The notes below the pieces were generated by a model that saw only the letters and a list, made by a program, of their open reading frames with translations, searched no databases and was not told the origin of the DNA. Made by a program: the position numbers and the translations under genes. This document shows, in pieces, positions 60,921 through 64,000 of a DNA stretch of 64,000 nucleotides. The DNA lies in the NCBI GenBank assembly GCA_951406725.2, contig OX597822.1, positions 47,492,001 to 47,556,000 of the forward strand, read 5' to 3'. The stretch's first letter is position 1. The number at the start of each line of letters is the position of its first letter. Origin of the DNA: Octopus vulgaris. Lineage: Eukaryota.

Positions 60921-63194
60921 CCACAACAATGAGGATGTTCTAAAAACATTCTGGGTACACTTCTAGCCCATTCTGTCCAGTGAAGCAACCCCACATCTCA
61001 TTCTCCTAACCACCTCACTCATCTGTCTATGACACAACTCAATGGCTGTAATCAATTGTGGGTAGAATCAGCACAGGTTACTCCCCACCACACTCCCTTT
61101 GTACAACCAGCTACCTTTTCTTCTCCCTTGGAACATTTCGTCCCTTATTCTCATCTCCCCCCCCCCCAATGCTATTCTCACTGAACATCTTATTGTGCTT
61201 TCAGCTAGTCCCCCCCCCCTCTAACTTCACATGCCTGCTATCATTCTCAACACACTCTCATATCAACCATCATCCCACTCTTACACATCTCCCTACCTTA
61301 TCAATCCTTCTTCCTTGGCCACTGCTATCTCCCTTACCTTACCCACCCTCCACACTAATCGTATCCCACCAACCACACCTCAACATCCCCCACCAGCACC
61401 CCCTCTCATCTACATCTTTCAATCATTCCCAACTCATGGCTCATCAGTCATCACCCTTCAGCCCTACCCAATTTTTACAGTTGCAGGCTGCTTCCCCATC
61501 CTTTCATTTCCTGCTCCTCATATGCCCTTACAACTCCACCACCACCACCACCATCTCATTTCTACTCACCTTTGTGCCTTAAGGAGGGGGGGTCACCCCC
61601 CCACCCCGGACACCACATCTCTACTATCTCTTCTCAGCTCCAAATGACCATTCTCTCCCTTTCCTACTAAATGGGAGCAGTCATGCAGTTAGCTCTCCTA
61701 CAAGAACCAGCTACTGCCCCCATCTTCTCTCACATGCTTTAACCTGTCCCCTAGCATAAAGCTGATCCCCCACCCTTCAGAGTTCACAGTCTTGTGGGCT
61801 GCATGGAGATGTCAATAGTGCTGATGGCTTCATGTTCTGAGTTCAAATTTGCCTTTCATCATTTCGGGGTCAATAACTTAAGTACCAGTTGTGTACTGGA
61901 GTTGATCCAATCAACTGGCCCCCTCCCCCAAAATTTCAGGCGGATAGCACAAAAAAAAAAAAAAAAAGACACTCAGCACAGTCTGTGATGAACTTGGCAT
62001 TAGGAATGGCATCCAGTTGCAGAAACCAAACCAAAGCAGACACAGGAGCAGAGATGCAGTCATTGGACCCATCACATCTTCTCAAACTGTCCAACCAATG
62101 ACAGCACGGAATATGGATGTTAAATATATATATATATCATCATTATTATTTAACATCTGCTTTCCATACTGGCATGAGTTGAACAGTTTAGCAGAAGCTA
62201 GCAAGCCGGGGAGCTGCACCTAGCTCCAATTACCTGTTTTGGCATGGTTTCAACAGGTGGATGCCCTACAAAATGCCAACCACTTTGCAGTGTGTACTGA
62301 GAGCCTTTTATGTGGCACCAGCAGAGGAGGTTCATACATGGTGCCAGCATGGGTGCGTTTTATGTGTCTAATGCAGCAATATTAGGGATGTGAGATCCAA
62401 GTGTTGAAGGTTAGGGAACTGGATAAGCATTAGTCTGTTTGCTTCAATAACTGTTATTAATAAAATACTGAAAATGATCCAGATTATCAAAGGCTGTTAC
62501 CAGAAACTTGTGAAAAAGTTGCTTAGGTCCATTGGCAGCTTTGTAGGCAAGTCACATCATCTCATCACACCTTCTTCCCAGCATATATAACCATGCCTGA
62601 CATGTGTCTTCCATTATTTAACTACTGTGTCACCATTAAGAGGCATTTTTTTAATTATCTAAAGGAAAATTCTCCTAAAAAGTTGAAAGGAATGTTAGAC
62701 TTTCATCCACCTGTCACCTATTTGCAGTGAGTGGATGCCAACAAATCTTGGCAGCAGGGTATGCTACCCTGGTGGCTGATTGCAGTAACACTGAAAATCA
62801 CAGCCAGAAATACAAGCTTTACATCTCATGTAACAATACTCTCAAACCAAAATATAAACAAATATAAAGTCGATGCAAAAGAAGATCAAATTAAAATACA
62901 GTACTTCTATAACATTTTATTTATGATTAATCTATGGTTTCATATTTTATGCCTGTATGCTGTCACACCATATTTCCATGCACACAATCATATATTTTCC
63001 CAACAAAGCTACTTTAAAATATCTTTCAATGAAAGTATGAGGAAGCAGGCTAATTTTGTTCTTGCCACAAAATATATTGATAAAATAGGGTGCATCTTAT
63101 ACACTGGCCAATACAGTATATGCTAATAGATATGTATGTATGTTAGTGTGTGTGTGTGTATACTTTTACTTGTTTCAGTCATATATGTATGTAT

Positions 63195-64000
63195 ATCATC
63201 ATTGTTTAATGTTCACTTTCCATGCTGGCATGGGTTGGATGTTTTGTCTGAGGTCTGGACAGCCAGAAGGCTGCACCAGGCTCCAATCTGATCTGGCAGA
63301 GTTTCTACAGCTTCCTAATGCCAACCACTCTGAGAGTGTAGTGGGTGCTTTTTACGTGCCATTGGCACAAGAGCCAGTAAGGTGGGCTATATATAAATAT
63401 ATAATAATAATAATAATCATCATCATCATCATTCTTTAACATGCTCTTTCCATGCTGGTCTGGGTTGGATAGTTTGACCAGTACTGGAAAGCTGCACCAA
63501 GTTCTGGTTTCATTTGGCTTGGCTTCTCTGTCTGAATGCCCTTCCTAATGCCAACCACATTGCAGTGTATGCTGGGTGCTTTTAATGTGGCATCGCAGGA
63601 GTGCTTCTACATGACACTGGCACAAGTGCTTTTTATATGGTACCTACACTGGGCTTCTGCCAGCTAATCCTCTTTAACAGGGGGAGTGGCCTTAACACTT
63701 CTAATGTGGAGGACGGGTCTTCTTGAGTACAGCAAGGAACCAGGTATCTTGGTCCTTTGTCATCTTGTCTGAGAGGTTCTGGTGCTACATAAAAAGCACC
63801 CAGTTGGCATTTGGAAGTGCAACCATGCCAAAACTCAGACAATGGAAAACAGATGTGAAATCATCATCATCATCGTCATCGTTTAACATCCGCTTTCCAT
63901 GCTGGCATGGGTTGGACAGTTTGACTGAGGACTGGTAAGCCAGAGGCTGCACCAGGCTCAATCCAATCTGGCAAAGTTTCTACAGCTGCATGCCCTTCCT
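63195..64000. mobile_element. Cluster of (CAT)n-tailed RTE-tail SINEs
   Basis: Repeated catcatcgtttaac..ttccatgctggcatgggttgga..ggatgcccttcctaatgccaaccac, the same as the 3' end of both RTE LINEs; many more copies across the window. Confidence 0.85.

Overview
AT-rich, repeat-dense animal genomic DNA. The repeat repertoire (RTE LINEs with (CAT)n tails, tRNA-headed SINEs, Penelope remnants, abundant TA/CA/CAT microsatellites) looks like an octopod cephalopod; that is inference. Two convergent protein-coding genes are supported. (1) A complete 12-exon WDR12/Ytm1 ribosome-biogenesis gene lies on + (21849-40068, 431 aa, all splice phases consistent). (2) A ZNF106-like gene lies on -, with its whole 2042-aa ORF in one exon (50170-56298) behind a 5'UTR intron. 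The rest is decayed mobile DNA: two near-full-length RTE LINEs, CR1-type and R4/Dong-type LINE remnants, a Penelope RT/GIY-YIG element, Tc1, mariner, hAT and piggyBac-type elements, Helitron-like elements and many SINEs. Best leads: a tRNA-headed short element ending in a minimal hammerhead-ribozyme motif, plus three other hammerhead-like motifs; a three-piece templated insertion in WDR12 intron 9 that creates a candidate in-frame cryptic exon; an atypical A-rich 3' splice site in WDR12; the intronless ZNF106-like ORF; several long hairpins; and a CpG-retention pattern that may map gene-body methylation. No wholly new system is demonstrated; these are hypotheses read by eye.
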